Assembly (NCBI GenBank): GCA_964349835.1
Contig: CAYGID010000005.1
Span: 990 to 64,989, forward strand
Source of the DNA: an uncultured Bacteroidales bacterium
GTDB lineage: Bacteria; Bacteroidota; Bacteroidia; Bacteroidales; UBA4181
DNA length: 64,000 nucleotides
Direction: 5' to 3'
Below are positions 9,550-19,547 of the stretch, piece after piece. The notes beneath the pieces were generated by a model. It had not been told where the DNA came from. It made no database searches and saw nothing but the letters and a program-made list of their open reading frames with translations. The translations under genes and the position numbers were made by a program. How positions within the stretch are numbered: position 1 is the stretch's first letter; every line of letters begins with the position of its first letter.

Positions 9550-11259
9550 ATGGCAAATTATTATCTAGATAATCAAGATTTGAAGTTTCATCTTCGGCAT
9601 CCTTTGATGTCGAAAATTGTGACTTTAAAGGAGAATCAATTCCGCGACAAGGATATTTATGCTGAGGCTCCGATCGATGTGGAGGATGCATTAGACAGTT
9701 ACGAGAAGGTGCTCGAAATTGTGGGCGAGATTTGCGGCGATATTATTGCTCCCAACGCGGCCGATGTCGACCACGACGGTCCCCTTTTGGAGAACGGGCA
9801 TGTTACCTATGCGCCCGGTACGCAACGGAATCATGATGTGCTTACGCAGGCCGGTCTTTACGGCATGTCGTTGCCCCGACTGTACGGAGGGTTAAACTTT
9901 TCGATGACCCCTTATGTAATGGCTGCCGAGCTGGTATCGCGCGCTGATGCCGGGTTTGGCAATATCTGGGGCTTGCAGGATTGTGCCGAAACCATCCATG
10001 AGTTTGCCTCCGAAGAGATTAAGAATGAGTATCTGCCCCGCATCCAGCATGGCGCCACCTGTTCTATGGACCTTACCGAGCCCGATGCCGGTTCCGATCT
10101 GCAGGCGGTTATGCTGCGCGCAGCCTGGAGTGCCGAGCGGAACTGCTGGCTTTTGAACGGTGTAAAGCGTTTCATTACCAATGGGGATGCCGATATCAAA
10201 CTGGTACTGGCCCGTTCGGAAGAGGGTACCACCGATGCCAGGGGGCTCTCCTATTTTGTGTACGACAAGTCGCACGATTGTGTGAAGGTTCGCCGCATTG
10301 AAAATAAGTTGGGTATCAAGGGCTCGCCTACCTGCGAATTGGTATTCACCAATGCCCCCGCCAAATTGGTGGGCGAACGCAAGATGGGTTTGATTAAATA
10401 TGTGATGTCGCTTATGAATGGTGCCCGCCTGGGTGTAGGCGCCCAATCGGTAGGGCTTTCGGAAGCGGCCTATCGTGAGGCACTTGCCTATGCTAAGGAG
10501 CGGAAGCAGTTTGGAAAGGCCATTCTGGAGTTCCCCGCTGTTTCGGAGTTGCTGTCGATAATCAAGGCCAAGCTGGATGCTTCGCGTGCTATTTTGTACG
10601 AAACCACCCGTTTCGTTGATTTATACAAGGCCCATAGTCTGATTTCGCAGGAGCGGAAGCTCGAAAAGGAGGAGCGCGAAGAACTGAAAGAGTTTCAGCG
10701 ACTGTCCGATTTTTATACCCCCATGCTCAAACTTTTTTCGAGTGAGTATGCCAATCAGAATGCCTATGATGCCCTCCAGATTCATGGTGGCTCGGGATTT
10801 ATGAAGGATTATCCCATTGAAAGGCTCTATCGCGATGCCCGTATTCTCACCATTTACGAGGGAACTTCGCAATTGCAGGTTGTGGCAGCCATTCGCGGTG
10901 TCACTACCGGGGCTTACCTGAAACAAATTCGTGAGTATGAGGCTCGCGACATCCATCCCGATTTAACGGTACTGCGTCAAACGCTGATTGAGATGACGGC
11001 TCAGTACGAAGTTGCTGTGAAAGAGGTGGAGGAGATGAAAACTTCCGAATGTCTTGATCTGCATGCCCGCAGGCTAGTGGAGATGGCCGGTCACATTATT
11101 ATGGGTTACTTGCTGGTACTGGATGCCGATCGGGATCCCCGCTTTATTCGTTCGGCCCGTGTTTTTGTGAAGTATGGTGCTGCCGAAAACAGCTCCCGTG
11201 CTGCCTATATTTCGAACTTCAGCCCCTCGGAGGTTGTAGATTACCTCTACGATTTGTAG
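9550..11259 (+). CDS. Acyl-CoA dehydrogenase, long form with extra C-terminal domain
   Basis: ACAD motifs GSDL, RITNG-like FITNGD and IYEGTSQLQ. 569 aa. Third gene of an etfB-etfA-acd string. Confidence 0.9.
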   Translation: MANYYLDNQDLKFHLRHPLMSKIVTLKENQFRDKDIYAEAPIDVEDALDSYEKVLEIVGEICGDIIAPNAADVDHDGPLLENGHVTYAPGTQRNHDVLTQAGLYGMSLPRLYGGLNFSMTPYVMAAELVSRADAGFGNIWGLQDCAETIHEFASEEIKNEYLPRIQHGATCSMDLTEPDAGSDLQAVMLRAAWSAERNCWLLNGVKRFITNGDADIKLVLARSEEGTTDARGLSYFVYDKSHDCVKVRRIENKLGIKGSPTCELVFTNAPAKLVGERKMGLIKYVMSLMNGARLGVGAQSVGLSEAAYREALAYAKERKQFGKAILEFPAVSELLSIIKAKLDASRAILYETTRFVDLYKAHSLISQERKLEKEEREELKEFQRLSDFYTPMLKLFSSEYANQNAYDALQIHGGSGFMKDYPIERLYRDARILTIYEGTSQLQVVAAIRGVTTGAYLKQIREYEARDIHPDLTVLRQTLIEMTAQYEVAVKEVEEMKTSECLDLHARRLVEMAGHIIMGYLLVLDADRDPRFIRSARVFVKYGAAENSSRAAYISNFSPSEVVDYLYDL

Positions 11260-11277
11260 GAATCTGCTGATCAACCT

Positions 11278-11316
11278 AAAAGAGGGTGTCTCCGACTTGC
11301 GAGACACCCTCTTTTC
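11278..11316. terminator. Bidirectional rho-independent terminator between convergent acd and atpG
   Basis: Perfect 12-bp stem AGAGGGTGTCTC / GAGACACCCTCT with an 8-nt loop, flanked by an A-run on the left and a T-run on the right. Confidence 0.8.
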
Positions 11317-11372
11317 ATTATATACCTTCCTCCCTTCTTCACACAATCGGAATAGGTCGGGGTATTGTACCT

Positions 11373-12257
11373 CTACCTCTTGTTCATGGCCTCGGCCCCA
11401 TTTACAATCTCGAGGATCTCGTTGGTAATGTTCGACTGGCGAATCTGGTTGTATTCCAGGTGAAGCTCTTCCAACAGGCGGTCGGCATTGTCGGTGGCCT
11501 GCCCCATGGCCATCATCCGGGCCTCGTGTTCGGCCTTAAAAGAGCTGCTTACCATTGCGTGCCACTTGGCGTGCAGAGCTGCCAGAAGGGTTTTTTCGGT
11601 TACGGTTTCCAAATCAGGTTCATAAATGGCCCCAAAATGGCGTTTCGGCGAATCGGGCTGTTGGGCGGGCCGAAAGGGGAGGAGCCGAACCACCTCGGGA
11701 ATAGCCTGCGATCCACCGTTTTTGGAGTAGGCCACATCGAGCGAGAGAATTTTTCCCTCCAAAAAGGCTGTAATCCAGCGGTCTAGAATCTCGCGGTTGG
11801 TTTTCTTTGAGGGGAACCCTTGCAACAGTTTAAGGTAGGTTAGGTTGCCTGGCACGGCCAGATCCGAAAAATAGCTCACGGCTTTCTGGCCTATGTAGTA
11901 GAGTTCTAGTTTCTTATTCTTCAGCGCATCGGCACAATGTTTACGGATGTGCCGCAGGGTCTCCTTGCAAATATTGGCATTATAGGCACCGCACATTCCC
12001 TGTTGAGAAGCAATGCAAACAACAACACGGCGGCCGTTATTGCCCTCCCGTTCGCGGGCAAGGAGAGGGGGCTGTTCTTGCTGAACCACAACGCGGGCTG
12101 CCAGCCATTCCAAACGGTTGGCATAAGTCTGATAGTGGGTGGTGGCCAGGTTCACCTTTTGAAATTTGGCAGCCGAGGTCATCTTCATGACACTGGTTAT
12201 CTGCCGGGTGGTTTCGACCGAACCGATGCGTAGCCTTATCTCCTTGAGCGAAGCCAT
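11373..12257 (-). CDS. atpG: F0F1 ATP synthase subunit gamma
   Basis: N-terminus MASLKEIRLRIGSVETTRQITSVMKMTSAAK is the canonical gamma start. Follows atpA. Confidence 0.95.
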   Translation of the reverse strand: MASLKEIRLRIGSVETTRQITSVMKMTSAAKFQKVNLATTHYQTYANRLEWLAARVVVQQEQPPLLAREREGNNGRRVVVCIASQQGMCGAYNANICKETLRHIRKHCADALKNKKLELYYIGQKAVSYFSDLAVPGNLTYLKLLQGFPSKKTNREILDRWITAFLEGKILSLDVAYSKNGGSQAIPEVVRLLPFRPAQQPDSPKRHFGAIYEPDLETVTEKTLLAALHAKWHAMVSSSFKAEHEARMMAMGQATDNADRLLEELHLEYNQIRQSNITNEILEIVNGAEAMNKR

Positions 12258-12259
12258 GG

Positions 12260-13846
12260 TTAGTGGTTTATCGTGGCAATCACTTGGTGTGCGGTTGCCT
12301 CCAGAATGGCTGCCATCGAATCATCGAAAAGGCCTGAGGCAAGTTGTTCCATGAGTTCGGGATGTTCTTCGGAGAGCATCAGAAGGAAATGGCCGCTAAA
12401 ATGCTTAATCTGGTCCATTTGCAGGGAGCGAAGTAATCCGTGGGTTCCGCAATAGAGCAAGGCAACTTGTTGGCTCACATGGAGCGGTTTGTGTCGCTCC
12501 TGTTTGAGTAGCTCCACATTTTTTCGCCCTTTGTCGAGTACGTCGGCAGTATGTGCATCGATTGAGGATCCGAATCGTGAAAAGGCTTCCAGTTCGCGGT
12601 ATTGTGCCTGATCAATCTTTAGGGTGCCGGCCACCCGTTTCATCGATTTAATCTGGGCGTTTCCTCCCACGCGCGATACCGAAATTCCCACGTTGATGGC
12701 GGGGCGTATTCCCGAGTTAAAGAGTTTTGACTCCAGATAGATCTGCCCGTCGGTAATGGAGATCACATTGGTGGGAATGTAAGCCGAAACGTCGCCCGCC
12801 TGTGTTTCGATAATGGGAAGTGCCGTAAGTGATCCGCCTCCCTTGACAAGCGGTTTAATCGATTCGGGCACATCGTTCATTTCGCGTGCTATGGTATCGT
12901 TTGCAATAATCTTGGCGGCCCGTTCGAGCAGGCGTGAGTGCAGGTAGAAGATGTCGCCCGGGTAGGCTTCACGTCCCGGAGGCCGGCGCAACAGCAGCGA
13001 AACTTCGCGATAGGAGACGGCCTGTTTAGAGAGGTCATCGTAGATGACCAGGGCCGGTTTGCCGGTGTCGCGAAAATATTCGCCTATGGCGGCTCCGGTA
13101 AATGCAGCGTAGAACTGGAGCGCTGCCGGATCGGAGGCCGGTGCCGAAATAATCACTGTGTAGGGCATGGCGCCATGTTCTAACAGCTCCTCGGCAATGT
13201 TCGAGACGGTGCTCCCTTTTTGTCCAATGGCTACGTAGATGCAGTAGACCGGTTTTCCCGCATCGTAGAGCGGTTTTTGGTTCAGAATGGTGTCGATGGC
13301 CACACTGGTTTTTCCGGTCTGTCGGTCGCCGATAATCAACTCGCGCTGTCCCCTTCCAATGGGTATCATGGCGTCGATAGCCATAATCCCCGTTTGCAGG
13401 GGCTCGTTTACAGGCTGACGAAAGAGGACGCCGGGGGCTTTCCGCTCGAGCGGCATCTCATAGAGAGGTCCGCTAATGGGCCCCTTCCCGTCGATGGGCT
13501 CGCCAAGTGTGTTAACCACTCTCCCCAAGAGTCCTTCGCCTGCGGAAACCGACAGAATTTTGTGTGTGCGGCGTACCACGTCGCCCTCTTTGATTTGATC
13601 GGACGATCCGAGCAAAACCACGCCCACATCTTCTTGTTCCAGATTAAGCACAATTCCTTTGGTGCCCGATTCAAACTCCACCAGCTCGTTCGAAAATGCG
13701 TTGGTAAGCCCGTATGCCCGCGCAATTCCATCGCCAACGGTTAATATTCTACCCACCTCCTCGAACTGAGGCGCATCGTCGAGCCCTTCGAGCTGCCTGC
13801 GCAGGATTTCGGATATTTCGGAGGGCTTTATCTCATGATTATTCAT
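12260..13846 (-). CDS. atpA: F0F1 ATP synthase subunit alpha
   Basis: Walker [10 protein letters not shown]. 528 aa with an alpha-type sequence throughout. Confidence 0.97.
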   Translation of the reverse strand: MNNHEIKPSEISEILRRQLEGLDDAPQFEEVGRILTVGDGIARAYGLTNAFSNELVEFESGTKGIVLNLEQEDVGVVLLGSSDQIKEGDVVRRTHKILSVSAGEGLLGRVVNTLGEPIDGKGPISGPLYEMPLERKAPGVLFRQPVNEPLQTGIMAIDAMIPIGRGQRELIIGDRQTGKTSVAIDTILNQKPLYDAGKPVYCIYVAIGQKGSTVSNIAEELLEHGAMPYTVIISAPASDPAALQFYAAFTGAAIGEYFRDTGKPALVIYDDLSKQAVSYREVSLLLRRPPGREAYPGDIFYLHSRLLERAAKIIANDTIAREMNDVPESIKPLVKGGGSLTALPIIETQAGDVSAYIPTNVISITDGQIYLESKLFNSGIRPAINVGISVSRVGGNAQIKSMKRVAGTLKIDQAQYRELEAFSRFGSSIDAHTADVLDKGRKNVELLKQERHKPLHVSQQVALLYCGTHGLLRSLQMDQIKHFSGHFLLMLSEEHPELMEQLASGLFDDSMAAILEATAHQVIATINH

Positions 13847-13896
13847 ACAACTACGCTTTTATAAACCGAACATGTTGCCTTGCAACACCTTAGTGT

Positions 13897-14454
13897 TTAC
13901 GAAATGGTGCACGGCTCTCTTTCCGACAGGGCTTTTTGCATGGCCCGGAGGGAGCTCTTCACAGTGGCATCGTACAGTTGGAAATCTATTTGGAGCGAAA
14001 AGCCTTCAATGATCTCGGGATCTTGTTGAACCTCCACCTCAATCTGGCTCCCCATAATCTCCTTTAGAACCTTTGTCCAGTGCTCTTTCACCGAAAGATT
14101 GGCCGGGGTGGCAATTGTGACGAGAACGTCGCGAATCCCCTTCCATTGTTTGTATTGACGGCTAAAACTGCGGATCATGGTGCCCAGGAAGGCCTCGCGG
14201 CGCTTCGCCACAATCAGTTCCAGAAAGGAGCGGGTTAGGGGTTGCAGAAGTGGGAAGAGGTTGATCTTCAGTAGCGCCAATTTTTTTGAGGGTAATGTCC
14301 GATCCTGAGTAAAAAAGGAATCGAAGGCCGGAACCTCCAACCGAATCTGCGAAAGGAGCTGCAGATCGCGATAAACCTGATCGGCCACTCCGGCATCCCG
14401 GCTTGCATCGAGCAGAGCCCGTGAATAGCGGAGAGCAATCATTCCCTGGTTCAT
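13897..14454 (-). CDS. atpH: F0F1 ATP synthase subunit delta (OSCP)
   Basis: 185 aa. Sits between atpF and atpA with a 4-nt overlap onto the atpF stop. N-terminus is OSCP-like (IALRYSRALLD). Confidence 0.88.
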   Translation of the reverse strand: MNQGMIALRYSRALLDASRDAGVADQVYRDLQLLSQIRLEVPAFDSFFTQDRTLPSKKLALLKINLFPLLQPLTRSFLELIVAKRREAFLGTMIRSFSRQYKQWKGIRDVLVTIATPANLSVKEHWTKVLKEIMGSQIEVEVQQDPEIIEGFSLQIDFQLYDATVKSSLRAMQKALSEREPCTIS

Positions 14455-14951
14455 AGCCTTTTCGCGGTTTTGACCTCATCGATCAACTGGTTCATCCAAC
14501 CCTCTTTTATCGTTTGCGACGAAAGCTCTCTGCGAAGAATCCGCTCAGCCATCTCTTTGGCCAGTGCCGCAGATCCCAGTTTCAGCTCCTCAATGGCAGC
14601 CAGCTTTTCGGAGGTAATGCGCATCCTGGCCTCATCGAGCATCTTGTCGGTCATCTGGCGAGCCTCTTTGGCGGCCGTATCCAACATTTTCTTTCGGAGG
14701 CTCTCCGTTTCGAGTAGCATCTCTTTCCGTTTGGCCAGCATCTCCTCCATGGCTGTGGCATTTTCGGCTTGCAGCAATCTCATCTCTTCGCGGGTTTGGT
14801 CGGCCAGCCGAAGGGAGGAGTCAATTTTCTCTTCGCGTTCGTCGAGCATCCGAAGGATGGGTCCCCATGCATACTTTTTCAGGACGAGCAGTACCAGAAA
14901 AAAGGTAAGCATCATCCAAAAAAGGAGTGAGGTTGGACTAATCAGTTCCAT
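14451..14951 (-). CDS. atpF: F0F1 ATP synthase subunit b
   Basis: Single N-terminal TM helix followed by a long charged coiled coil. Positioned between atpE and atpH. Confidence 0.9.
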   Translation of the reverse strand: MELISPTSLLFWMMLTFFLVLLVLKKYAWGPILRMLDEREEKIDSSLRLADQTREEMRLLQAENATAMEEMLAKRKEMLLETESLRKKMLDTAAKEARQMTDKMLDEARMRITSEKLAAIEELKLGSAALAKEMAERILRRELSSQTIKEGWMNQLIDEVKTAKRL

Positions 14952-14972
14952 GTTTCGGCGAATGGAGTGGCG

Positions 14973-15260
14973 TTAACTTAAAACAATTAAAAGACATACT
15001 ACAATGGCAAAGAGGGCAACCCCTTCAATCAAACCGGCCAGGATAATCATATTGGTTCTGATTACCTCTGCGGTTTCGGGTTGCCTGCTGATTGATTCCA
15101 ATGCAGAGCTTCCAATCCTGCTAATGCCTAAGGCAGCACTCATGGCCGAGAGGCTGGCGCCCAGAGAGGCACCCATTTCGGCCAGTCCGAATCCGAGGGA
15201 GGTTCCCGATACAGGATCTACTTGATTGACAACTGCTTGTAAGATGGTAGTTAAGAGCAT
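14973..15260 (-). CDS. atpE: F0F1 ATP synthase subunit c
   Basis: Two-helix hairpin with an RQPE loop and the carboxylate in LIEGVALFAIV. Confidence 0.93.
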   Translation of the reverse strand: MLLTTILQAVVNQVDPVSGTSLGFGLAEMGASLGASLSAMSAALGISRIGSSALESISRQPETAEVIRTNMIILAGLIEGVALFAIVVCLLIVLS

Positions 15261-15273
15261 GATATTTAAATGG

Positions 15274-16356
15274 TTAGTGGTTATGACTCGAATTTCTGGC
15301 AGGGCTTTCCAAAGCCATGCCTACATAGAGTGCAGAAAATAGGGTAAAAATATAGGCCTGAATAAAGGCTACCAAGAGCTCTAAGAAGTTAAGGAAGAGG
15401 GTAAATACCAGCGTGAGCGGTGTAACAGCCCATCCATAGGCGGCACCTGCCTCTCCCAGGGTGAAGATCAGGGTAAAAAACGAGAGAATAATGATGTGTC
15501 CCGCCGTGATATTGGCAAAGAGCCGGATAGCGAGCACCACCGGTTTGGTAATTACCGAAAGGAGTTCGACCAACGGCAAAATGGGTGCGGGGAATTTAAG
15601 TAAAAAAGGGGCACTTCGAGGCCAGAGTACCTCCTCCCAATAGTGCCGACTGCCGCTCAGGTTGGTAACCAAAAAGGTGATAAGGGCTAAACCTGCAGTT
15701 ACCGAAATGTTTCCGGTAAGATTGGCGCCGCCTGGAAAGAAGGGAATCAACCCCATCAGGTTGTTCAGGAGAATAAAAAAGAAGAGTGTGAGCAGCCAGG
15801 GAAGATATTTTGCGGCTCTCTCCTTTCCCATTGCGGGAATCACCACCTCATTCCGAAGAAAGAGGATCAACACTTCCATGGCATTTTGTAATCCCTTGGG
15901 CGCTTGCCCTGCCCTTCGCTTATACTGGCGGGCAATACCAAGGAAGAGTAGCACAATAAGTGCTGATCCCAACCAGAGCGAAGCCACATTCCGGGTAATG
16001 GAGAGGTCGAGTGGCTTGTAAGTCGATCCATCGGGGAGTGTTTCTACAATCCGGTTGGATCGACCAAGCGGTTCGAGGTGCAGATTTTGATAGGTTTGTG
16101 CGGCGTTATGAAATTGCGACGAGAGGAATAGGTGCCACCCGGAGTGTTTGCTGTAAACAATGGCGGGAAGCGGGATGCCAATCTCCGTTCCTTTCCACGA
16201 AAGGATATGCCACTCGCGGGCATCGAGCACGTGTTCCATAATAAGGTCGCCTGCATTGTAAGCTGCCGTTTTGCCGTTCCCGTTTGCTGTTGAACTGCCC
16301 GAAGCCGGGAAGACGGCAAAGAGAAGTATCAAAAGCAGAATATATCGAGGTCTCAT
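15274..16356 (-). CDS. atpB: F0F1 ATP synthase subunit a, with N-terminal signal-like extension
   Basis: Essential Arg motif LAIRLFANITAGH. ATG at 16356 (MRPRYILLLILLF...) is preferred because the track start at 16446 would overlap the upstream gene. Confidence 0.9.
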   Translation of the reverse strand: MRPRYILLLILLFAVFPASGSSTANGNGKTAAYNAGDLIMEHVLDAREWHILSWKGTEIGIPLPAIVYSKHSGWHLFLSSQFHNAAQTYQNLHLEPLGRSNRIVETLPDGSTYKPLDLSITRNVASLWLGSALIVLLFLGIARQYKRRAGQAPKGLQNAMEVLILFLRNEVVIPAMGKERAAKYLPWLLTLFFFILLNNLMGLIPFFPGGANLTGNISVTAGLALITFLVTNLSGSRHYWEEVLWPRSAPFLLKFPAPILPLVELLSVITKPVVLAIRLFANITAGHIIILSFFTLIFTLGEAGAAYGWAVTPLTLVFTLFLNFLELLVAFIQAYIFTLFSALYVGMALESPARNSSHNH

Positions 16357-16375
16357 TGTATAAGGTACTAGCCAC

Positions 16376-16756
16376 TTATTTTGTGCGCTGCTTAGATTTT
16401 CTAAAAAGCCATACGCTTTCGGCAACGGAAAAGAGTATATAAACAAAGAAGAGGGTTAAAAGAGCCGGTTGGGCATGGGCTCTGAGAACGAGGCCGAAGA
16501 CCACCAGCGAAACCATCATGAGAAGGAATTTGGTGACCAATTGTTTGAGAAAGACCGAGACGAAATCCATGTTGTTGGCATCGACCGCCTTGCAGACCAC
16601 CCCCCCGCAAAAAAGCGTCAGCAGGTAGGGGAAGAGAATTGTCCATAACAGCCCCGGGAATCTGAGATGCGCCATTGGCCCCAAAAAAAGGGAATAGACC
16701 ACGCCCGTCAGAAGCAACATGATGATTGTAATATACAGAGAGAAACTACGCATCAT
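16376..16756 (-). CDS. Small four-helix membrane protein, AtpI-like by position
   Basis: About 126 aa with four hydrophobic segments, immediately upstream of atpB. Start taken at MMRSFSLY to avoid overlapping the bactofilin gene. The AtpI assignment rests on position and topology only. Confidence 0.55.
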   Translation of the reverse strand: MMRSFSLYITIIMLLLTGVVYSLFLGPMAHLRFPGLLWTILFPYLLTLFCGGVVCKAVDANNMDFVSVFLKQLVTKFLLMMVSLVVFGLVLRAHAQPALLTLFFVYILFSVAESVWLFRKSKQRTK

Positions 16757-16764
16757 TACATGAA

Positions 16765-17121
16765 TCAATCCCCATCGGTCGGAGGTTCCATCTGGCAACT
16801 TCCGTTAAAAACACAGCCCGGTTCAACAACCAGTCGTCCCGCGTATATTTTTCCTGCCACATGGCAACCCGACTTCATCGACAAAAGGTCGCGGGCATGA
16901 ATCTCTCCCTCGAACTGGCCAAACAAATCGGCTGTCCGGCAGAAGAGATCTCCTTCTACCCGACCGGTTTCGCCAATCACCAATTTCCCCTCAACATGTA
17001 GTGTCCCTTTCAGGAATCCATCGAGCCTGAAGTCGCCCTTCGCGCGGATTTCGCCGGTCATAATAGAGCCGGGAATCAGCTTGTTGTAAGGGTGTAGTTC
17101 GGGAGTGAGGTTTTTTGCCAT
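16765..17121 (-). CDS. Bactofilin-family (polymer-forming cytoskeletal) protein
   Basis: Repetitive beta-helix pattern GEIRAKGDFRLDGFLKGTLHVEGKLVIGETGRVEGDLFC...GQFEGEIHA. ATG at 17121 (MAKNL). Confidence 0.8.
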   Translation of the reverse strand: MAKNLTPELHPYNKLIPGSIMTGEIRAKGDFRLDGFLKGTLHVEGKLVIGETGRVEGDLFCRTADLFGQFEGEIHARDLLSMKSGCHVAGKIYAGRLVVEPGCVFNGSCQMEPPTDGD

Positions 17122-17148
17122 AATGAGAATGTGGTCGCAAAATCTCGG

Positions 17149-17156
17149 CAAAGCTA
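17149..17156 (-). promoter_or_regulatory. Candidate -7 promoter box for the bactofilin-atp operon
   Basis: Reverse complement reads TAGCTTTG, matching TAnnTTTG. About 27 nt upstream of ATG 17121. Confidence 0.45.
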
Positions 17157-17256
17157 CAAAAAATGTATAAGGGTTCCAAAAATGGGGGTTTGAGCAGGTA
17201 GCGATTTACTAACCGAACATTTTTTTTTGCGGTTTGTGCTTTTTTCGGATAAGGTG

Positions 17257-17264
17257 TACCTTTG
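17257..17264 (+). promoter_or_regulatory. Candidate -7 promoter box for purD
   Basis: TACCTTTG matches TAnnTTTG. About 51 nt upstream of ATG 17316. Confidence 0.4.
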
Positions 17265-17315
17265 GGGCTGTTTCCGGCGGCGTACCGTCGTTCTCTTTCA
17301 TAAACTCTCAGCCTC

Positions 17316-18593
17316 ATGAATCTTCTCTTAATAGGATCCGGCGGACGCGAACATGCCATGGCCTGGAAACTGGCGTCGAGCCCCAAACTGTCGAAACTCT
17401 TTATTGCCCCGGGAAATGCCGGTACTGCTGCGTTTGGCACCAATGTGCCCATAGCCGTTGATGATTTTGACGGGTTGGCCGAATGTGTGCGAAACAACGA
17501 TATTGGGATGGTGGTTGTTGGGCCCGAAGATCCCTTGGTGAAAGGCATTCGTAACTATTTTTCTACCGCTCCAGGTCTGGAACAGGTAGTGGTGGTGGGC
17601 CCTGATGCCGAGGGCGCTCGTTTGGAGGGAAGCAAGGAGTTTGCCAAGGAGTTCATGTTGCGCCATAATATCCCTACCGCTCGTTACCGCAGTTTTCGCT
17701 CCGGCCACCTCGAAGAGGCACGCCTTTTTATGGAATCGCTTCAATCTCCCTACGTGTTGAAGGCCGATGGATTGGCTGCGGGCAAGGGAGTGGTGATTCT
17801 TAGCACTATTGAAGAGGCAGTGGAGGAGTTGTCGGCTATGTTTAGCGGGAAATTCGGAGAGGCCGGTAACACGGTTGTGATTGAGGAGTTTCTGCGGGGA
17901 ATTGAACTTTCGGTCTTTGTGCTCACCGATGGAAAACATTACCTCATTCTTCCCGAGGCCAAAGATTATAAGAGGGTTGGGGCAGGCGACACCGGTCCCA
18001 ACACGGGGGGGATGGGTGCCGTATCGCCGGTTCCGTTTGCTACGCCTGAGTTCATGCAAAAAGTGGAGGAGCGCATTGTGGTGCCTACCGTTCAGGGGCT
18101 GATTAACGATGGAATTGACTACCGCGGTTTCCTCTTTATCGGTTTGATGAATGTAGGTGGCGAACCTTTTGTTATTGAGTATAACGTGCGAATGGGCGAT
18201 CCTGAAACCGAAGCGGTACTTCCGCGCTTGCAGACCGATCTGCTCGATTTGTTCGAGGCTTTGGGCAACCAAACGCTCGATACCCGTTCTATTAGCGTAG
18301 ATCCCCGCTTCGTAACCACCCTTGTGTTGGTTTCGGGCGGTTATCCGGGTGCTTACGCCAAGGGTAAGGTGATTTCGGGACTACAGGAGCCCTGCAGCGG
18401 CATGATTTTCCATTCGGGAACCCGGTTCGAAGGCGAAAAGGTGGTTACCCATGGGGGGCGAGTGCTTGCGGTAAGTGCCAAAGGGAACACGTTGCGCGAA
18501 GCGCTCGAGGCATCGAACCGTTGTGCTGCCAAACTGCAGTATGAGGCCAAATATTTCCGCCCCGATATTGGTTTCGATCTTTTAGATCTTTAG
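17316..18593 (+). CDS. purD: Phosphoribosylamine--glycine ligase
   Basis: MNLLLIGSGGREHAMAWK start and an ATP-grasp body. 425 aa. Confidence 0.96.
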   Translation: MNLLLIGSGGREHAMAWKLASSPKLSKLFIAPGNAGTAAFGTNVPIAVDDFDGLAECVRNNDIGMVVVGPEDPLVKGIRNYFSTAPGLEQVVVVGPDAEGARLEGSKEFAKEFMLRHNIPTARYRSFRSGHLEEARLFMESLQSPYVLKADGLAAGKGVVILSTIEEAVEELSAMFSGKFGEAGNTVVIEEFLRGIELSVFVLTDGKHYLILPEAKDYKRVGAGDTGPNTGGMGAVSPVPFATPEFMQKVEERIVVPTVQGLINDGIDYRGFLFIGLMNVGGEPFVIEYNVRMGDPETEAVLPRLQTDLLDLFEALGNQTLDTRSISVDPRFVTTLVLVSGGYPGAYAKGKVISGLQEPCSGMIFHSGTRFEGEKVVTHGGRVLAVSAKGNTLREALEASNRCAAKLQYEAKYFRPDIGFDLLDL

Positions 18594-18596
18594 GCT

Positions 18597-19547
18597 ATGC
18601 CCAGAAGGGGAATTCGATCGCTAGGGCGTGGAGCCAAATGGGCCATTGCGCTCATGGTTTGTTGCCTTTGGATTCCATTCTTTATGGTGGAGCCTGCGGT
18701 TCGGCTGTTCCCGGACTCTCTGTCTCTTGAAAAAGGTGTGATTTTGTTGCTCATAGGAGGACAGGCTCTTTTGCTTAGCCTGCTTTCGCAACGCCATCGT
18801 TTGATGGGCGAACGGACTGCTCTGCCGGCCTTTTTCTTTCTTTTTCTGCTCGCCGGGCTGGGTCAGTTCCGATTTAGTATTGTGTCGGCCACCACCGCCT
18901 TGTGCCTTTTGGGGGCGCTTGCCTGTCTGCTCGAATCGTACCGCTTTAACCGATTGGCCTATATTATTTTCCCGGCCGGTTGTTGCATCGGTCTGGCAGC
19001 CTGGCTTACCCCGCCGATGCTTCTCTTTGTGTTGCTGATTCCTGCAGGGTTAATCTTTTTCAGGGCTTTCAACTGGCGTGAATGGGCTTTCGGCGGACTG
19101 GGAATTCTCTTTGCCTATTATTGGGCCTTTGCTCTGTCGTACCTGCTGAATGACTCTTTATGGCCTGTGGTTTCGGGTTTTTCGTCGATACTTTCCGTAT
19201 TTGGCGCTTTTCGGCTGGTTCCTGTAGATTTGATGACTTATCTCTGGTTTGGTGCTCTTTTGCTGTTGAGTATCGGGGGCATTCTCTTTTATGCCAAGGG
19301 GAATGCCTTCTGGAGGCGCGCCTACCCTTTTCTCCTGATCTTTGTACTCATCTCTGTGGCTGCGTGCTGGCTATATCGCTCGTTTTTGCCGGTCATGAGC
19401 CATGTGTTGGCTTTTCCGCTGGCACTCTGCTTATCGTTTTATTTTATGCACCTGAGGTCGGATCGCTTTTCGTTTCTGCTTCTGATTATAGGCTTTAGCC
19501 TTTTGGTAATCAGATCGCTCTACTATGCTGCCTATCTGGTAGGTTAG
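18597..19547 (+). CDS. Polytopic inner-membrane protein, function unknown
   Basis: 316 aa with about 9-10 hydrophobic helices. Starts 4 nt after purD. No family recognised with confidence. Confidence 0.7.
   Translation: MPRRGIRSLGRGAKWAIALMVCCLWIPFFMVEPAVRLFPDSLSLEKGVILLLIGGQALLLSLLSQRHRLMGERTALPAFFFLFLLAGLGQFRFSIVSATTALCLLGALACLLESYRFNRLAYIIFPAGCCIGLAAWLTPPMLLFVLLIPAGLIFFRAFNWREWAFGGLGILFAYYWAFALSYLLNDSLWPVVSGFSSILSVFGAFRLVPVDLMTYLWFGALLLLSIGGILFYAKGNAFWRRAYPFLLIFVLISVAACWLYRSFLPVMSHVLAFPLALCLSFYFMHLRSDRFSFLLLIIGFSLLVIRSLYYAAYLVG

Noticed and set aside
14973-15260. The idea that the F-ATPase is Na+-coupled, to match the Na+-pumping oxaloacetate decarboxylase in the same window.
   Set aside because: I aligned the c subunit by eye on the RQPE loop against the Ilyobacter/Propionigenium type. 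It has Ile where the helix-1 Gln ligand would be, and E-G-V instead of E-S-T around the carboxylate (LIEGVALF). It therefore looks like an ordinary H+-type c ring. A proper alignment should confirm this.
16357-16446. N-terminal extensions in the ORF track, for example atpB from 16446, aspS from 29466, nuoJ from 62148, dnaJ from 35703, the epimerase from 49590, TolC from 51422, DUF3078 from 44275 and the yqjE-like gene from 36373.
   Set aside because: The extensions whose codons I checked (dnaJ, TolC) begin at TTG or GTG, and several overlap the upstream gene or a promoter box. They add sequence that is not conserved or protein-like ahead of a canonical family N-terminus, which begins at an internal ATG.
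17152-17315. A possible purine riboswitch or other leader RNA upstream of purD.
   Set aside because: I saw no purine-riboswitch core (conserved junction and loop-loop sequences). After the -7 box at 17257, only about 45 nt of leader remain, which is too short.
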